A DNA stretch of 64,000 nt from Deltaproteobacteria bacterium (lineage in GTDB: Bacteria > SAR324 > NAC60-12). A model generated the notes under the pieces. That model had not been told where the DNA came from and made no database searches. It saw nothing but the letters and a program-made list of their open reading frames with translations. The DNA lies in the NCBI GenBank assembly GCA_038150265.1, contig JAYOTF010000006.1:6909-70908 (forward strand), read 5' to 3'. Positions 57,572 through 64,000 of this stretch are shown here, piece after piece. Within the stretch, counting starts at the first letter, position 1, and each line of letters opens with the position of its first letter. The position numbers were made by a program, and so were the translations under genes.

Positions 57572-59624
57572 CGCCCTGGTCCATGAGGGCCTGCAGTTCG
57601 GCGGTGGCGTCGAACAGCTCCTTGACGTCTTCAACAATGCGCTGCGCGTGCAGCTCAAAGGCCTCGAAGATTTCATCACCCGGAGCCGACATCCCAAACT
57701 CGTCAATGCCGATGGCATGGTCGGCATACTGGTACCACGGACGGGTGGTCCCGGCTTCCACGGTGATGATCGTGGCTGACGGCGGGAAGACCGACAGTTG
57801 GTAGTCAATGGCCTGCTTTTCAAAGCGCTCCAGGCAGGGCATGGAAACGTGCCACACCGAGAAGCCTTCGTCATCCAGCTGCTTGCAGGCTTCCTGGACA
57901 ATGCCGCCTTCCGAGCCCGTGGAAACAAGAATCAGCTCCGGATCCTCCACGTAGCGCCGGACCACGTATCCACCGGCAGCCGCATCAAAGGTCTCAAAGC
58001 TGTCGTCTCGATCCAGCACCGCCGTATTCTGGCGGGTCAGCAGCAAGGCGCTCGGGTTGGGACGCTCGCCTTCCGGCTCCAGTGAGCAGGCCCAGGCAAC
58101 AGCGGTTTCCAGAGCATCTGCCGGACGCCAGACTTCCACTCCCGGAATCAGGCGAAGGGCCCAGTGGTGTTCGATCGGTTGGTGCGTGGGACCGTCTTCT
58201 CCCACGCCAATGGAGTCGTGAGTGAACACAAACACGCTCGGCAGGTGGGAGAGGGACGCCAGACGAACCGACGGGCGCATGTAATCGGAGAAGACCTCGA
58301 AGGTGCCACAGTAGGGAAGCCAGCTTCCAAACAGCGCCATGCCGTTGGTGATGCCGCCCATGCCGTGCTCCCGGATTCCGAAGTGGATGTTCCGTCCGGC
58401 AAAGGCGGCATCCGCTTGTTCCAGGTTGGCCGTCTCACTCGGGCGGATGCTGCCACCGTCTTTGATGAGGGTCTTGTTGCTGGGCTCCAGGTCGGCGGAT
58501 CCACCGGCAAAGGAAGGCACCAGCTCTGCAATCTTCTGAATGACCGCGCCGGACAGGTTCCGAGTCGCATCAACCTTGTCTCCGACCGAGGCCACCAGTT
58601 GCTCCAGCAGGTCTTCCGGAAGGGTATGGTTCCAGTGAGCATCCCAAACCGCTGCCTGCTCAGCATGGCTGGCCCGCCAGTTTTCCAGCGTTTGCTGCCA
58701 GGCCTGGTGTTCCTGCTGGTTGGCCTCGGCTCGCTTCCGGAAGCACGCCCGAACTTCATCCGGAACATGGAAGGCTTCCTGAGGCCAGTTGACGGCTTCT
58801 TTTGCGGCCTTGATCTCATCGGCACCAAGTGGGGCACCGTGGGATCCGGAGGTGTCTGCCTTGTTGGGAGACCCCTTTCCGATGGTGGTGCGAGCGACCA
58901 CAAGGGACGGCTTTCCGGACTCGGCAACAGCGGCTTCCAGAGCGGCAGCAATGGCTTCCGGGTCGTGTCCGTCACACTCGACGGTGTGCCAGCCATAGGC
59001 CTCAAAGCGCTGGGCGACGTTTTCGCTCATGGAGAGGCTGGCGCGTCCACCAATGGTGATGTCGTTGCAGTCGTAAAGGGCCACCAGGTTACCGAGCTTG
59101 AGGTGTCCGGCAAGAGACGCGGCTTCTGAGGCAACGCCTTCCTGCAGGTCGCCATCGCTGCAGATGAGGAAGGTCCGGGACGTCATCAAGGGCGCATCCT
59201 GGTTGAAGCGTGCGCCCATCATCCGGGACGCGAGGGCCATGCCCACGGCGTTGCTGAAACCTGCCCCTAGCGGTCCGGTGGTGCACTCGACGCCGGGGGT
59301 GAGGCCGACTTCAGGGTGTCCGGGGGTGATGCTGTTTTTCTGGCGGAACTGCTTGAGGTCGTCGAGCGACACCTCGTAGCCACTCAGGTGCAGCATGGAG
59401 TAGAGCAGCATGGAGGCGTGCCCGGCAGAGAGCACAAACCGGTCGCGGTTCTTCCAGTCGGGCGCCTGAGGATCGTAACGAAGGAAGCGGGTCCAGAGCA
59501 CGACTGCCAGGTCGGCCATGCCCATGGGGGCGCCGGGGTGCCCGGAGTTGGCGGCCTGAACGGCGTCAGCCGCAAGAAAACGGATGGTGTTTGCACACAA
59601 GTGGTGCTGTTCAGAAGTAAGCAT
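57564..59624 (-). CDS. tkt: transketolase
   Basis: ANSGHPGAPMG, RDRFVLSAGH, TTGPLG, DGDLQEG, FGIREH, THDSIGVGEDGPTHQP. Confidence 0.98.
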   Translation of the reverse strand: MLTSEQHHLCANTIRFLAADAVQAANSGHPGAPMGMADLAVVLWTRFLRYDPQAPDWKNRDRFVLSAGHASMLLYSMLHLSGYEVSLDDLKQFRQKNSITPGHPEVGLTPGVECTTGPLGAGFSNAVGMALASRMMGARFNQDAPLMTSRTFLICSDGDLQEGVASEAASLAGHLKLGNLVALYDCNDITIGGRASLSMSENVAQRFEAYGWHTVECDGHDPEAIAAALEAAVAESGKPSLVVARTTIGKGSPNKADTSGSHGAPLGADEIKAAKEAVNWPQEAFHVPDEVRACFRKRAEANQQEHQAWQQTLENWRASHAEQAAVWDAHWNHTLPEDLLEQLVASVGDKVDATRNLSGAVIQKIAELVPSFAGGSADLEPSNKTLIKDGGSIRPSETANLEQADAAFAGRNIHFGIREHGMGGITNGMALFGSWLPYCGTFEVFSDYMRPSVRLASLSHLPSVFVFTHDSIGVGEDGPTHQPIEHHWALRLIPGVEVWRPADALETAVAWACSLEPEGERPNPSALLLTRQNTAVLDRDDSFETFDAAAGGYVVRRYVEDPELILVSTGSEGGIVQEACKQLDDEGFSVWHVSMPCLERFEKQAIDYQLSVFPPSATIITVEAGTTRPWYQYADHAIGIDEFGMSAPGDEIFEAFELHAQRIVEDVKELFDATAELQALMDQGDE

Positions 59625-59626
59625 AA

Positions 59627-60058
59627 TCAAGCGCTAGGGGTAAGGTCGGCATGGAGTATCTGGAAGTCAGGCGGGAACTCAGGACGACCAGAGGGATTGA
59701 GAACGGTCCCGGTAATGCGGGCCCAGACAATGGGGTGAGGGGCACTCTCTCGAACGAGCGTTTGCAGGAACACAAACTTGACACGACTGAGGGCTTCCAC
59801 TGCAAGCGTGACCAAAAAGCGATCTCCGCTTCGCAGTGAATGACGGTAGGCCACTTCGGCATGAGTGACCACCGGGGCGTATCCCTGCTGATACAGAGAG
59901 TCGAGATTGATGCCGCGAGACTGCAGATAAACGTGGCGTGCATGCTCGAGGTAATTTTGATAAACCGCATTGTTCACCACCCCAAAGCGGTCCAGCTCAT
60001 AATCCCGAACTTCCAACTCCAGGCGAAAGCAAGGGGGAAGTTCGGGATAACGTGCCAC
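59627..60058 (-). CDS. acyl-CoA thioesterase (4HBT/YbgC/FadM-like)
   Basis: VRDYELDRFGVVNNAVYQNYLEHAR, LRSGDRF. Confidence 0.9.
   Translation of the reverse strand: MARYPELPPCFRLELEVRDYELDRFGVVNNAVYQNYLEHARHVYLQSRGINLDSLYQQGYAPVVTHAEVAYRHSLRSGDRFLVTLAVEALSRVKFVFLQTLVRESAPHPIVWARITGTVLNPSGRPEFPPDFQILHADLTPSA

Positions 60059-64000
<3,942 letters not shown>

Overview
GC-rich (roughly 60%, estimated by eye), gene-dense bacterial chromosome segment. Gene content suggests a deltaproteobacteria-like lineage, possibly SAR324; this is an inference. It opens with at least three tandem flagellin paralogues, convergent with a minus-strand run rplY-pth-ychF-rpsF-rpsR-rplI-dnaB. That run continues through overlapping genes into a divergent stand-alone EAL protein and two FG-GAP beta-propeller surface proteins. 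The rest is mostly housekeeping: an HD-GYP protein, a cNMP-GGDEF protein, rplM-rpsI, prsW, hemJ, glyQS, infA, argS, lptD, paaK, phoBR, rluD, a Rep/UvrD helicase, nagZ, an ArnT-like transferase, queG, tkt-rpiA-gap and the 3' part of rpoC. I found no tRNA, rRNA, CRISPR array, transposase or integrase. Most notable signals: (1) window-wide, roughly 10-fold over-representation of the palindrome TCCGGA, resembling a HIP1-like iterated palindrome; (2) ANGGA-in-loop (CsrA-type) hairpins in both flagellin spacers; (3) the dnaB-coupled divergent EAL plus propeller module; (4) a hendecad/heptad tandem-repeat coiled-coil gene; (5) a lone phage-type gene behind gap; (6) Bacillales-like glyQS. All family calls come from motif recognition by eye and were not checked against databases.
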